DNA of 50,589 bases from an uncultured Erysipelotrichaceae bacterium. GTDB lineage: Bacteria > Bacillota_I > Bacilli_A > RF39 > UBA660. This document shows, piece by piece, positions 1-10,256 of this stretch. Position numbers and translations under genes: made by a program. Positions within the stretch are counted from its first letter, which is position 1, and the number at the start of each line of letters is the position of its first letter. The notes under the pieces are model-generated. The model was not told the origin of the DNA, made no database searches, and saw nothing but the letters and a program-made list of their open reading frames with translations. The stretch is from positions 1-50,589 of the forward strand of contig CACXGX010000046.1 of the NCBI GenBank assembly GCA_902767365.1, in the 5' to 3' direction.

Positions 1-825
1 GTCGCAATGGGTGCTGCAATTCAAGGTGGAGTATTAACTGGAGAAGTTGACGATATAGTACTTCTAGATGTAACACCACTTTCACTTGGATTAGAGACTT
101 TAGGTGGAGTTATGACAACTCTAATTCCAAAGAATACTACAATACCAACAAGCAAGAAACAAATCTTCTCAACTGCAGCAGATAATCAACCAGCCGTTGA
201 CATTCACGTATTACAAGGAGAACGTCCAATGGCAGCAGATAACAAAACTTTAGGAAACTTCCAATTAACAGGTATTCCAGCTGCACCACGTGGAGTTCCA
301 CAAATTGAAGTAACGTTTGATATTGATGCTAATGGTATAGTTAACGTTAAAGCAAAAGACTTAGGAACTAACAAAGAACAACATATTACAATAACTGCAT
401 CAACTAACCTTACTGATGAAGAAATCGATAGAATGGTTAAAGAAGCAGAAGAAAATAAAGAAAAAGACGATAAACGCAAAGAAGAAGCAGAACTTAAAAA
501 TGATGCTGAACAATTAGTATTCCAAACTGAAAAATCATTAAAAGATCTTGGAGATAAAGTATCAGACAAAGAAAAAGAAGAAGCTGAAGATTTAGTTAAA
601 GATTTGAAGAAAGCTCTTGAAGATAATGATATGGATGAAATCAAAGAAAAGAAAGATGCTTTACAAGAAAAAGCAATGGCTTTAGCAACTAAAGTATATG
701 AACAAGTTCAAAAAGAACAAGAAGCAAATACTGAAGAAGAAAAAGATGAAGATGAAGAAAAGCAAAAAAAGAATAAGAAAAAGAAAGATGACGATGTAGA
801 AGAAGCAGAATACGAAGAAAAATAA
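1..825 (+). CDS. dnaK: Chaperone DnaK (Hsp70), 5'-truncated by window edge
   Basis: [41 protein letters not shown] motifs; frame open from position 1. Confidence 0.98.
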   Translation, partial: VAMGAAIQGGVLTGEVDDIVLLDVTPLSLGLETLGGVMTTLIPKNTTIPTSKKQIFSTAADNQPAVDIHVLQGERPMAADNKTLGNFQLTGIPAAPRGVPQIEVTFDIDANGIVNVKAKDLGTNKEQHITITASTNLTDEEIDRMVKEAEENKEKDDKRKEEAELKNDAEQLVFQTEKSLKDLGDKVSDKEKEEAEDLVKDLKKALEDNDMDEIKEKKDALQEKAMALATKVYEQVQKEQEANTEEEKDEDEEKQKKNKKKKDDDVEEAEYEEK

Positions 826-831
826 AAAAAA

Positions 832-855
832 GAAGTTCTAGGAAACTAGAACTTC
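832..855. terminator. Perfect 10-bp hairpin with GAAA loop between dnaK and pepF
   Basis: gaagttctag-gaaa-ctagaacttc; A-tract before it, no U-tract after it on +. Confidence 0.6.
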
Positions 856-876
856 AACGTTATTAAGGAGATTAAT

Positions 877-2706
877 ATGGGTGAAATTAAAAATAGAAAT
901 GAAGTTGAAGATAAATATAAATGGGATTTAACTAAAATATATAAAACAGATAAAGACTATTTAAAAGATATTAAAAAAGTAGATAAAGAAATAGATAAAT
1001 TAACAATATATCAAAAAACTATGTTAAATAGTCCACAAGATCTTTATAAAACTACTAAAGCAATCTTTGATAGTGCTAGAAAAATAGATAAAATATATAC
1101 ATATGCCCATTTAAAATATAATGAAGATATAACTAATACTTCTTCATTAAAATTATTAGATAAAGCAGAAAACTTAAGTATTAAATTTAATCAAAATACT
1201 TCTTTCTATGATCCCTTATTGTTAGAATTAGAATATAAAGATATTGAAAAAATGTATAAAGAATATCCTTTATTAAAAGAATATAAAATTCACTATAAAA
1301 AAGCATTTAGATATAAAAAATACATGTTAACTGAACAAGAAGAAGCATTAATTAGTAAACTATCTAAAGCATATTCTGATAGTGAAACAATATTTAGTAC
1401 ATTAACTGACTCTGATATAGATTTTGGAACAATTAAAGATGAAAATGATAAAACAATAACTTTAACTAATACAAATTATTCTAATTACGTTAAGTCTAAC
1501 AATAGAAGAGTAAGACGTGATGCATTTATAAACCTTTATAAAACTTATGGAAGATATAAAACATCTTTATCTAAATTACTTGAAAAAGAAGTTAATCAAA
1601 CAGTAACATTTAATAAATTAAGAGGATATAAATCTAGTTTAGACTCTGCAATGTATCATGATGAATTAACTAAAGATGTATATAACTCTTTAATTGAGAG
1701 TGTATCTAATGGATTAAAACCATTATTCAAATATTATAAAATTAAAAAAGAAATACTTGGAGTAGATGAATTACATATTTACGATACATATGCTGATATT
1801 ATTCCTAAATATAGTAAAAAATATACATATGAAGACGCAAAAAAATTAATTTTAGAAACTCTACAAGTATTTGGGAACGATTATATAAATAATATCCAAA
1901 AAGCTTTTGATGAACATTGGATAGATGTTATGCCTAACACTGGTAAAACGGGTGGAGCATTCTCAGGTGGAGGATATGATACATATCCATACATCTTAAC
2001 AAACTTTCAAGGAGAATTTAATGATGTATCAACTATAATACACGAATTAGGACATTCAATGCATAGCTACTATTCAAGAGAAAATAATCCTTTTGAATAT
2101 TCAAGATATTCTATAGTAGTAGCAGAAGTTGCATCCACTGTAAACGAATTATTACTTGCAAAACATGTACTAAAAACATCTAAAGATTTAGAAGAGAAAT
2201 TATATATCTTAGATAGATTAATGAGTTTATTTAAAGGAACAATTTATAGACAAACAATGTATGAAGAGTTTGAAAAGTTCTTATATGAAACTGCAGAAAA
2301 AGATGAAGCGTTAACTTCAGATATATTATGTGACTATTTCTATAAATTAAATGAAAAATATTTTGGAAAAGACGTTAAATTAGATGAAGAAATAAAATAT
2401 GAATGGGCAAGAATGCCACATTTATACTATAATTTCTATATGTATAAATATGCAACTGGATTATCAGCAGCATGTCAAATAGTAAATCAAATACTAAGTA
2501 AAAAAGAACATGCAACTGAAAATTATTTAAAATTCTTAAAAACAGGCTCAAGAATGGCACCAAATGAAGAATTAAAAATAAATGGTGTTGATTTAACAAA
2601 AAAGAGTGTTTGTGATAATGCTATTAAAATGTTCTCTGAGTTAGTTGACGAATTTGAAAAAACATACAAAGAATATAAAAAGAGTAGTGGTGATATAAAT
2701 GAATAA
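877..2706 (+). CDS. pepF: Oligoendopeptidase F (M3B peptidase)
   Basis: KYKWDL N-terminus, [16 protein letters not shown] zinc motif, [17 protein letters not shown]; RBS aaggag. Confidence 0.95.
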   Translation: MGEIKNRNEVEDKYKWDLTKIYKTDKDYLKDIKKVDKEIDKLTIYQKTMLNSPQDLYKTTKAIFDSARKIDKIYTYAHLKYNEDITNTSSLKLLDKAENLSIKFNQNTSFYDPLLLELEYKDIEKMYKEYPLLKEYKIHYKKAFRYKKYMLTEQEEALISKLSKAYSDSETIFSTLTDSDIDFGTIKDENDKTITLTNTNYSNYVKSNNRRVRRDAFINLYKTYGRYKTSLSKLLEKEVNQTVTFNKLRGYKSSLDSAMYHDELTKDVYNSLIESVSNGLKPLFKYYKIKKEILGVDELHIYDTYADIIPKYSKKYTYEDAKKLILETLQVFGNDYINNIQKAFDEHWIDVMPNTGKTGGAFSGGGYDTYPYILTNFQGEFNDVSTIIHELGHSMHSYYSRENNPFEYSRYSIVVAEVASTVNELLLAKHVLKTSKDLEEKLYILDRLMSLFKGTIYRQTMYEEFEKFLYETAEKDEALTSDILCDYFYKLNEKYFGKDVKLDEEIKYEWARMPHLYYNFYMYKYATGLSAACQIVNQILSKKEHATENYLKFLKTGSRMAPNEELKINGVDLTKKSVCDNAIKMFSELVDEFEKTYKEYKKSSGDINE

Positions 2707-3805
2707 AAAAGATTATTATGAAACATTAGGAGTATCAAAAGATGCAAGTGATGTTGAAATAAAAAGTGCTTATAGAAGATTAGCTAAAAAATACCATCCT
2801 GATATTAATAAAGAAGAAGGAGCAGAAGCAAAATTTAAAGAAATACAAGAAGCATATGATGTATTAGGGGACGAAAATAAACGTCGTCAATATGATCAGT
2901 TTGGAAGTGCAGCTTTCGATCAAACCGCAGGTTATGGTGGCCAAGGTGGATTTGGAGGATTTGATGCTTCTGGATTTGATTTTGGTGATATCTTTGATAA
3001 TATCTTTGGAGGAGGTTTTGGAGGCTTTTCAAGTTCTTCAAAAGCAAGAGCACAACAAGGTAGCGATAGATTAATGAGAGTAAGACTTACTTTCGAAGAA
3101 GCAGTCTTTGGATGTGAAAAAGATATTAAACTTGAAGTAAATGATAAATGTGATGATTGTAATGGAAAAGGAGGAACAGGAGAAGAAACTTGTTCAGAAT
3201 GTCACGGAAGTGGAAGTGTTACAACAGAACAAAGAACACTTTTTGGAACATTTATGTCAAAATCAACTTGTTCTAAATGTGGAGGAAAAGGTAAGACATA
3301 TAAAACGAAATGTTCAACATGTCATGGAACTGGAAGAATAATATCTAATAAAACAATTACTGTAAGTATTCCAAAAGGAGTAGACACTGGTAATAGATTA
3401 AGAATAACTGGAAAAGGTGAACCAGGAATTAACGGAGGACCAAACGGAGACTTATATCTAGAATTTGTTGTAGAAAAACATGAATACTATAATAGAGATG
3501 GAGACGACATTTATCTAAAAGTACCTATTAATATAACTGAAGCAGTATTAGGTACAAAAAAAGAAATCCCAACACTATTTGGAAATGTTAAATTAACAAT
3601 ACCTGAAGGAACAAATACAGGTGATAAACAAAGAATTAAAGGTAAAGGAATCAATAAAGGAGATATGTACGTTATAATGGATGTACGCATACCTAAAAAA
3701 ATATCAAGAGATCAAAAGAAATTATTTGAAGAACTTGAAGATACTGATATGGATGATACAGTAATTAAAGATTTTGATAAATTTACTGAAAGAAATGATA
3801 GATAA
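2699..3805 (+). CDS. dnaJ: Chaperone DnaJ
   Basis: J domain with HPD, G/F-rich region, four CxxCxGxG repeats. Confidence 0.98.
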   Translation: MNKKDYYETLGVSKDASDVEIKSAYRRLAKKYHPDINKEEGAEAKFKEIQEAYDVLGDENKRRQYDQFGSAAFDQTAGYGGQGGFGGFDASGFDFGDIFDNIFGGGFGGFSSSSKARAQQGSDRLMRVRLTFEEAVFGCEKDIKLEVNDKCDDCNGKGGTGEETCSECHGSGSVTTEQRTLFGTFMSKSTCSKCGGKGKTYKTKCSTCHGTGRIISNKTITVSIPKGVDTGNRLRITGKGEPGINGGPNGDLYLEFVVEKHEYYNRDGDDIYLKVPINITEAVLGTKKEIPTLFGNVKLTIPEGTNTGDKQRIKGKGINKGDMYVIMDVRIPKKISRDQKKLFEELEDTDMDDTVIKDFDKFTERNDR

Positions 3806-3820
3806 TTGTCTATCATTTTT
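3793..3820 (+). terminator. Intrinsic terminator overlapping the dnaJ stop
   Basis: aaatgataga-taattg-tctatcattt followed by T. Confidence 0.65.
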
Positions 3821-3852
3821 AATTGTGATAATATAAAGACGGAAGTGATTAT

Positions 3853-4536
3853 ATGAAAATTGGAATAATATTTGCAATAGAAGAAGAGTTAAATGCTTTT
3901 AAAGATTTAATAAAAGTTAATAAAGAATATACTATATTTGATCTTACTTTTTATGAAGGAGAAACAAATAATATTACATGTGTATTTGTACAATGTGGAG
4001 TAGGTAAGGTTAATGCAGCAAGAACTACTCAAATATTAATAGATAATATGAAGGTTGACTATATATTTAATGTAGGAGTAGCAGGTGGAATAGATGAATC
4101 ACTTAAAGTAGGAGACATAGTTATTGGAGAAAAATTAGTTCAACATGATTTTGATGTAACTCCATTTGATTATAAAAAGGGTCAAATACCTAATGTAGGA
4201 ACTTTTATAGATTCAGACGAATATTTAATTAAAATAGCAGAAAAGTGTCTAAAAAAGGCTAAAAAAGGTGTTATAGCAAGTGGTGATATTTTTGTAACAG
4301 AAGAATGGATGAGTAAAAAAATAAATAAAAAATTTAATGCTTTATGTTGTGAGATGGAAGGAGCATCAATCGCTCAAGTATGTTTCCTATCTCATATACC
4401 ATTCTTAGTTATAAGAAGCATATCTGATGTTCCTAACAATGACAATGTTGTTACATATGAAGAATTTGTAGAACATAGTTCAGTTGTAATTGCAAATGGA
4501 ATGCTTAAAATAATTAATAATTTAGAAAGAATGTAA
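3853..4536 (+). CDS. mtnN: 5'-methylthioadenosine/S-adenosylhomocysteine nucleosidase
   Basis: GVGKVNAA, GVAGG, SGDIF, EMEGASIAQV, RSISD motifs. Confidence 0.93.
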   Translation: MKIGIIFAIEEELNAFKDLIKVNKEYTIFDLTFYEGETNNITCVFVQCGVGKVNAARTTQILIDNMKVDYIFNVGVAGGIDESLKVGDIVIGEKLVQHDFDVTPFDYKKGQIPNVGTFIDSDEYLIKIAEKCLKKAKKGVIASGDIFVTEEWMSKKINKKFNALCCEMEGASIAQVCFLSHIPFLVIRSISDVPNNDNVVTYEEFVEHSSVVIANGMLKIINNLERM

Positions 4537-4542
4537 ATATAT

Positions 4543-4950
4543 ATGTTTAAAATAAAAGGAAAAAGTAATTACGACTATTTAAAAAAACAATTGAAAAAAA
4601 TGCATATTTCACTTCAAGAAATAGAAAAAAATCATATTGATTTATTACATTATAGTTTTCATGATTATACAATTGAAGAAATAAAGCTAACTGAAAATAA
4701 ACTTCATATGATATTTAAAAAAGGATGGGATATAATAAATAACACTACCGAAAAAGAAATTATTTTTAATAATTACAAATTAATATATGGCTTTGAGAAC
4801 ATAAACTCTTTAAAAGATTTTAATTGGATAACACATATTATTAATAAAGTAGATGATAAATATAGAATATATATTCAAATTTCTGGTATTAGTAATACAT
4901 ATGATTTATTAATAATCGATTGTGATTCTATCGAAAGAGTTATTTTGTAA
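4543..4950 (+). CDS. Hypothetical protein (FHD motif)
   Basis: 135-aa ORF directly after mtnN; no confident family. Confidence 0.7.
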   Translation: MFKIKGKSNYDYLKKQLKKMHISLQEIEKNHIDLLHYSFHDYTIEEIKLTENKLHMIFKKGWDIINNTTEKEIIFNNYKLIYGFENINSLKDFNWITHIINKVDDKYRIYIQISGISNTYDLLIIDCDSIERVIL

Positions 4951-5014
4951 TAATTTGAAATCATATTAATGTTATAAATATTTGTTGGAGAAAACTTCAT
5001 TTAATAAAAAAAGA

Positions 5015-6238
5015 TTATTTAGATGCTTTAAAAAGTTTATCTAAATGATCTTTTATTTGTTTTAACTGTCTTTCATATTGACTAGTTTCTTTAGGAACAT
5101 AATAATTTTTGTTTTTTAAGTTATCAGGTAAATACTGTTGCGCTACAAAGTCTCCTGGATAGTCATGAGGATAGATATAACCAAAAGCAGTAGAATTAAT
5201 ATGCTTTGGTACTTTATCACATTTACCAGTTCTAACGTCATCTAAAGCAGCATTTATTGCCATAACAGCAGAATTAGATTTAGGAGATAAAGACATTTCA
5301 ATAACAATTTCTCCAAGAGGAATAACACATTCTGGAAAACCAACAAGTTCTGATGCGTCAATTGCAGCTTTTAATCTCGGCCCAAGGGCTGGATTTGCAA
5401 GTCCAATATCTTCATATACTATTACTGATAAACGTCTATATATACTATCTAAATCTCCTGCTTCTAATAATCTTGCTAAATAGTGTAACGATGCATTAAC
5501 ATCACTTCCTCTAATAGATTTTTGAAATGCTGATAACACATCATAATGTCCATCTTCATTCTTATCATGAAAAAAAGCAGGCTTATTATTAATTAGTTTA
5601 ATATGATCTACATCAATCTCTTTATTACTAGAAGAGTAGAATGATACTTCAAGTAAGTTATAGGCATATCGAAGATCATTTCCTGATATTGCTGCAATAT
5701 ATTTTATAGCGTCATCGCTTATCTTAATTCCATCTAAATAAGGACTCTTGCAAGCTCTTTTAAGTCCTTCAATAATATCATCTTCTGAAAGAGGAAGTAA
5801 CTCAAATAAATGACATCTACTTCTAATAGCAGGATTTATCTTATGATATGGATTACTTGTAGTAAGTCCAATAATAGTTATTAAACCACTTTCTATTTGA
5901 GGAAGAAGTAAATCTTGTTTATCTTTATTTAAACGATGTATTTCATCAATAATAACAACAAGCCCTTCATACATTTTGGCTTCTTCAACAATAACATCAA
6001 AATCATGTTTATTATTAATTGTAGCATTAAAAAATCTATAACGAACACCTAAATCATTAACAATCGCATTAGCAATAGAAGTTTTACCTATACCAGGTCT
6101 ACCATATAAAATCATAGATGGTATTTTCTTATTATTAACTAAATTTCTTAATATTTTTCCTTCTCCTAAAAGATGTTTCTGTCCAATAACATCATCAATA
6201 GATTTAGGAGCTAGTTTAAGCGCTAAAGGTTTATCCAT
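5015..6238 (-). CDS. rarA: Replication-associated recombination protein A (RarA/MgsA AAA+ ATPase)
   Basis: PLA...P..IDDVIGQKHL, GRPGIGKT, DEIHRLNK, SAFQKSIRGSD, YPHDY; start moved to ATG 6238 (RBS ggtga). Confidence 0.95.
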   Translation of the reverse strand: MDKPLALKLAPKSIDDVIGQKHLLGEGKILRNLVNNKKIPSMILYGRPGIGKTSIANAIVNDLGVRYRFFNATINNKHDFDVIVEEAKMYEGLVVIIDEIHRLNKDKQDLLLPQIESGLITIIGLTTSNPYHKINPAIRSRCHLFELLPLSEDDIIEGLKRACKSPYLDGIKISDDAIKYIAAISGNDLRYAYNLLEVSFYSSSNKEIDVDHIKLINNKPAFFHDKNEDGHYDVLSAFQKSIRGSDVNASLHYLARLLEAGDLDSIYRRLSVIVYEDIGLANPALGPRLKAAIDASELVGFPECVIPLGEIVIEMSLSPKSNSAVMAINAALDDVRTGKCDKVPKHINSTAFGYIYPHDYPGDFVAQQYLPDNLKNKNYYVPKETSQYERQLKQIKDHLDKLFKASK

Positions 6239-6256
6239 ATAAATCACCCAAAAAAT

Positions 6257-6265
6257 ATTATATCA
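6257..6265 (-). promoter_or_regulatory. Extended -10 sigma-A promoter of rarA (TGATATAAT)
   Basis: Perfect TGnTATAAT 18 bp upstream of the ATG. Confidence 0.6.
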
Positions 6266-6335
6266 AACATTTGTCTTATAAAAAAGATATAATCAAAAAA
6301 AGAAAAATGAGATATAATATATACAAGGTGATAAA

Positions 6336-7232
6336 ATGAAAGATGATATAGATAACTATAAGAATTACCTAATATTTGAAAGAAGAATGGCTAAAAATAC
6401 TACTAATTCATATATTAAAGACATTGAAGGTTATAAACTATTTTTAGAAGAGCAAGAAAAAATAGACAATGTAGACAAAATAAAAAAAGAAAATATTGAA
6501 AATTATTTAGAATACTTAAATAAAAATAATTATAGTACAACATCTATTGCAAGAAAATTAACCGCTATTAAAAACTTTCATAAATATTTATTTGCTACAA
6601 ATAGACTTAATACTGATGAAGCATTAACAATTGATAGACCAAAGTTAAGGAAAACTATCCCTAATGTGTTAACGATAGAAGAAGTAGACAATTTATTAAA
6701 TATAAAAACTGATACTAAATTTGACTATCGAAATAAAGCTATGTTAGAATTACTATATGGAACAGGACTTAGAATTACTGAAATGCTAGATTTAAAACTT
6801 ACAGATGTAGATTTTGAAAATTGTATAATAAGATGTTTTGGTAAAGGAAGTAAAGAACGTATCGTTCCAATTGGAGAATATATAATTGATTCTTTAAAAG
6901 ATTATTTAGAATATGGAAGAAGATTTTTAATAAATAGTAAAAAAATGTCAGATTATTTATTTTTAAATAATTTAGGTGGTAGAATATCTAGATTTAGTTT
7001 TTTTAAAATTTTAAAGAAATTATTAAGAGAAAAAGGAATAAAAAAAGATATATCTCCCCATAGTCTTCGTCATAGTTTTGCAACCCATATGTTAGAAAAT
7101 GGAGCAGATTTAAGAAGTATTCAAGAGTTACTTGGGCATAGTGACATTGCCACAACAAGAATCTATACTCATATAACAAATAAAAAAGTACAAAATGATT
7201 ATATAGAATACCATCCAAGAAGTAAAAAATAG
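6336..7232 (+). CDS. xerD: Site-specific tyrosine recombinase XerD
   Basis: LYGTGLRITE, GKGSKERIVP, SPHSLRHSFATH, LLGH..IATTRIYTH, C-terminal HPR; xerD-deoB adjacency as in Bacillus ripX-drm. Confidence 0.88.
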   Translation: MKDDIDNYKNYLIFERRMAKNTTNSYIKDIEGYKLFLEEQEKIDNVDKIKKENIENYLEYLNKNNYSTTSIARKLTAIKNFHKYLFATNRLNTDEALTIDRPKLRKTIPNVLTIEEVDNLLNIKTDTKFDYRNKAMLELLYGTGLRITEMLDLKLTDVDFENCIIRCFGKGSKERIVPIGEYIIDSLKDYLEYGRRFLINSKKMSDYLFLNNLGGRISRFSFFKILKKLLREKGIKKDISPHSLRHSFATHMLENGADLRSIQELLGHSDIATTRIYTHITNKKVQNDYIEYHPRSKK

Positions 7233-7243
7233 GAGTGTTTAAA

Positions 7244-8410
7244 ATGTTTAAAAGAATATTTTTAATAGTGCTAGATTCACTAGGAGTAGGAGAAGCACTT
7301 GATGCTAATGTATATAATGATACTGGAGCAAATACATTAAAGCATATAATGGAAAAGCATAAATTATATGTACCAAATTTAGAAAAATTAGGATTTTTAA
7401 ATACAATAAATATGTCTGATAAAAAAGATGTTGATGCATATTACACAATAGCAAAACCAACTAACGTAGGAAAAGACAGTTTAACTGGTCACTATGAATT
7501 AATGGGAATAAAAAGTACAAAACCATTTAAACTTTTTACAGAAAAAGCATTTCCTAGAGAACTACTGGAAAAAATAGAAGAAGTTACTGGAAAAAGAGTA
7601 ATAGGAAATAAAGTAATAAATGGTGATAAAATAATAAATGAATTAGGAGAAAGACATCTTTCATACGGAAGTTTAATAATCTATACTTCAAATGACTCAA
7701 CACTACAAGTAGCAGCACACGAAGATGTTATACCAATACCAAAATTATATCAATATTGTGAAAAAATAAGAAAAATAACATTAGATGATGAATATAAAGT
7801 AGCAAGAGTAATAGCAAGACCATTTACAGGTAAACCAGGAAAATTTAAATTTACTCAAGATAGATGTGATTATGCTGTTAAACCACCTCATAAAAGTATA
7901 ATGAATTCATTAAAAGAACATGATTATAGTGTTATATCTATTGGTAAAATAAATGATATTTTTGATGGGGAAGGAATTACTAAAATAGTAAAATCATCAA
8001 ATAATAACATGGATACTCTTACAAAATTAACAGATATTATGACTAAGAAATTCTCTGGTTTATGTATAACTAATTTAAACGATTTTGATGCTATATATGG
8101 ACATAATAGAGATGTAGAAGGTTATGCCGGAGCAATTGAAGAATTTGACGTAGAAATACCACTATTATTAAATAAATTAGAAAATGATGATTTATTAATA
8201 ATTACTGCAGATCATGGAAACGATCCAACATTTCCAGGATTTTCTCACACAAGAGAAAACGTGCCAGTAATAATATTTGGAAGACGTTTTAAAGAACCGA
8301 AAAAACTAGATTCACTAAAAAGCCTTGCAGATATAGGAGCAACTATTGCAGATAATTTTAAAGTAGAAATGCCAGAAATAGGAGAAAGTTTCTTAAATAA
8401 ATTGAAATAG
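7244..8410 (+). CDS. deoB: Phosphopentomutase
   Basis: IVLDSLGVG, GKDSLTGHYE, ARVIARPF, YGHNRD, TADHGNDP, HTRE; ATG 7244 fits RBS aggag better than GTG 7235. Confidence 0.95.
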   Translation: MFKRIFLIVLDSLGVGEALDANVYNDTGANTLKHIMEKHKLYVPNLEKLGFLNTINMSDKKDVDAYYTIAKPTNVGKDSLTGHYELMGIKSTKPFKLFTEKAFPRELLEKIEEVTGKRVIGNKVINGDKIINELGERHLSYGSLIIYTSNDSTLQVAAHEDVIPIPKLYQYCEKIRKITLDDEYKVARVIARPFTGKPGKFKFTQDRCDYAVKPPHKSIMNSLKEHDYSVISIGKINDIFDGEGITKIVKSSNNNMDTLTKLTDIMTKKFSGLCITNLNDFDAIYGHNRDVEGYAGAIEEFDVEIPLLLNKLENDDLLIITADHGNDPTFPGFSHTRENVPVIIFGRRFKEPKKLDSLKSLADIGATIADNFKVEMPEIGESFLNKLK

Positions 8411-8424
8411 AAACTTTCTTTTTT
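8383..8424 (+). terminator. Intrinsic terminator of xerD-deoB
   Basis: agaaagtttct...agaaactttct followed by T-tract. Confidence 0.55.
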
Positions 8425-8471
8425 CTTGTAAAAAAAAGTAAAAATGATACAATTAATATGGAGTTGATAAT

Positions 8472-9659
8472 ATGTATAGTAATATCATAATAACATTAAT
8501 AAATGTATTATTATTTTTATATAAAGATAAATCAAAAAACGACAATGAATATACAAAAGAAAAAAAATACTATTATCAAGAAAAAGAAAAGAAAATTATA
8601 AAAATAGCAAATATATTCAATGTAATAATAAATGTTATTGCAATTATAATAATGTTATTAAACAGCATAAAATTAGATATCATATATATAATAACATTAA
8701 TGATATATTTAATAAGTTTTATTATTATTTCATTAAAAAAAGAGCATAAAAAAAGATTAAAAATAATTAATAAAAAATATATAACAATAAGTGATATAGC
8801 TATTATTTTATCATCTATAATATTTATTATTGCATGTCATACAAATATAGCGAATAATAATGGTTTATTATTTGTAGCACTAGGATTAATACTAATATTA
8901 ATATATATAGGATTTTTAATATATATAATCATAAAAGAGAAAAAATATACATGTTATAATTCTAGCGAAGAAGATTATTTTTTAGATATAAAATTCACAA
9001 AAAAAATAGAATTAAATAAAACAGTAAATTATGTAATATATATATTTACAACAATATTGTTTGTCTTAATAAAAATACCATATATGTTTATTCTATATAT
9101 ATTAGTTGAAATATTACTAATATACATAATAAATAAAAAATATAAAAAAATAATAAATCAAAGTGATAAATTATATAAAAAAATATCAATAGCAAATGAA
9201 TCTCCTGGAATAGTATATGCTTTTCAATTTGTAAAAGATATATTATTATTTAAAAAATTAATCATATTATTAATAATCTATTCATTATCAATTTTATCAA
9301 TGTATATAGTAGGGGAGAGTGCATTCGTATTAATATCATCTGGATTATACCTACTCCTACTATACAATATAATAATAGATAAAAAATATTTAATAAGATA
9401 TATTATGTCATTGAATAAAGAATTAATTGACAAAAAAAGCTATACAATTGATATAACAAAAAAAATAAATTATATTGATAAAATAAAATTCTTTAAAATA
9501 ACATTATATAAAATAATAATTCAAGATAATATAAATTATGAATCAAATATAATATTATATGATCCAGAATTAATAATAGAAGAATTAAATATAAAAATAA
9601 ATAAATCTAATTTAGAAGACTATATAACAATAGAAAATATATTATATGAAGAAGAGTAG
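8472..9659 (+). CDS. Hypothetical polytopic membrane protein
   Basis: 395-aa ORF with many Ile/Leu-rich segments; RBS ggag; TGATACAAT extended -10 at 8445-8453. Confidence 0.75.
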   Translation: MYSNIIITLINVLLFLYKDKSKNDNEYTKEKKYYYQEKEKKIIKIANIFNVIINVIAIIIMLLNSIKLDIIYIITLMIYLISFIIISLKKEHKKRLKIINKKYITISDIAIILSSIIFIIACHTNIANNNGLLFVALGLILILIYIGFLIYIIIKEKKYTCYNSSEEDYFLDIKFTKKIELNKTVNYVIYIFTTILFVLIKIPYMFILYILVEILLIYIINKKYKKIINQSDKLYKKISIANESPGIVYAFQFVKDILLFKKLIILLIIYSLSILSMYIVGESAFVLISSGLYLLLLYNIIIDKKYLIRYIMSLNKELIDKKSYTIDITKKINYIDKIKFFKITLYKIIIQDNINYESNIILYDPELIIEELNIKINKSNLEDYITIENILYEEE

Positions 9660-9688
9660 TAATATAAGAAAGTATTACTATTTTTTTT
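9655..9688 (+). terminator. Intrinsic terminator
   Basis: tagtaatat-aagaaa-gtattacta then T8. Confidence 0.65.
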
Positions 9689-9700
9689 ATATTATATTAA

Positions 9701-9728
9701 AGGCAACATAACTTTAATTATAGGAAGT
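9701..9728 (-). other. dif site (XerC/XerD chromosome dimer resolution site)
   Basis: Minus strand ACTTCCTATAA-TTAAAG-TTATGTTGCCT; 11-6-11 layout; XerC arm matches the Firmicutes ACTTCCTA(T/G)AA arm, XerD arm 8/11 to TTATGTAAACT; intergenic at the gene-orientation convergence. Confidence 0.85.
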
Positions 9729-9810
9729 AGAATATTATTTAAAAAAAGCTTGATAATTATACATTTTAATGAGTTTTTAAAATTATAATATTATTAATAA
9801 TTATAATTTG

Positions 9811-9907
9811 TTATATATATTTAATTGTTAATATTTACATTATATATATTTAATTGTTAATATTTATATTATATATATTTAATTGTTAATATTTATATTA
9901 TATATTT
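9811..9907. repeat. Tandem repeat, 3 x 29 bp plus partial copy
   Basis: ttatatatatttaattgttaatattta(c/t)a at 9811, 9840, 9869; partial copy from 9898. Confidence 0.9.
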
Positions 9908-10230
9908 ATTATTATAAATCACATTATCAATAACATGTCTAAACTTAAATATAATTAAGAATATATTTACATATATATTAAACTATATATATTTCATTTT
10001 TTATAAAAATTAATAGGGGAGCCAAAAAATTTTTTTTTAATAAAATTATTATAATTATTTTTTTACATTTATTTATATTATACATATAAAATTAATAGAT
10101 TAATATAATAGATTAATAATATATAAGAATAATAATAATTTATCATAAATTATTATAAAAAAATAACAAAATAAAATAGGGATAGTGTATATATTCCACT
10201 ATCTCTACCCTAACCTTTTTACTTATATAT

Positions 10231-10256
10231 AAAAAAACAGAAAATATTTCCTGTTT
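10231..10256 (-). terminator. Intrinsic terminator of the HTH gene
   Basis: Minus strand aaacaggaaatattttctgttttttt. Confidence 0.65.

Noticed and set aside
204-3341. Alternative-frame or antisense ORFs 204..644, 2375..2599, 2523..2747, 2835..3053, 2892..3074, 3141..3341
   Set aside because: Shadows of dnaK, pepF and dnaJ with no family features
6336-7232. Tyrosine recombinase as a phage or island integrase
   Set aside because: Size, motifs and deoB linkage fit housekeeping XerD; no att repeats or mobile genes
9832-9859. Second dif-like 28-mer TAACAATTAAA-TATATA-TAATGTAAATA at a repeat junction
   Set aside because: XerC arm unrecognisable and inner TTAT broken; expected by chance in near-pure AT sequence
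9811-9907. 29-bp repeats as a CRISPR array
   Set aside because: Head-to-tail with no spacers and no cas genes
9660-10254. AT-rich gap as a replication origin
   Set aside because: No TTATCCACA-type boxes seen, no dnaA/dnaN or rep gene, genes converge, and a dif site is present
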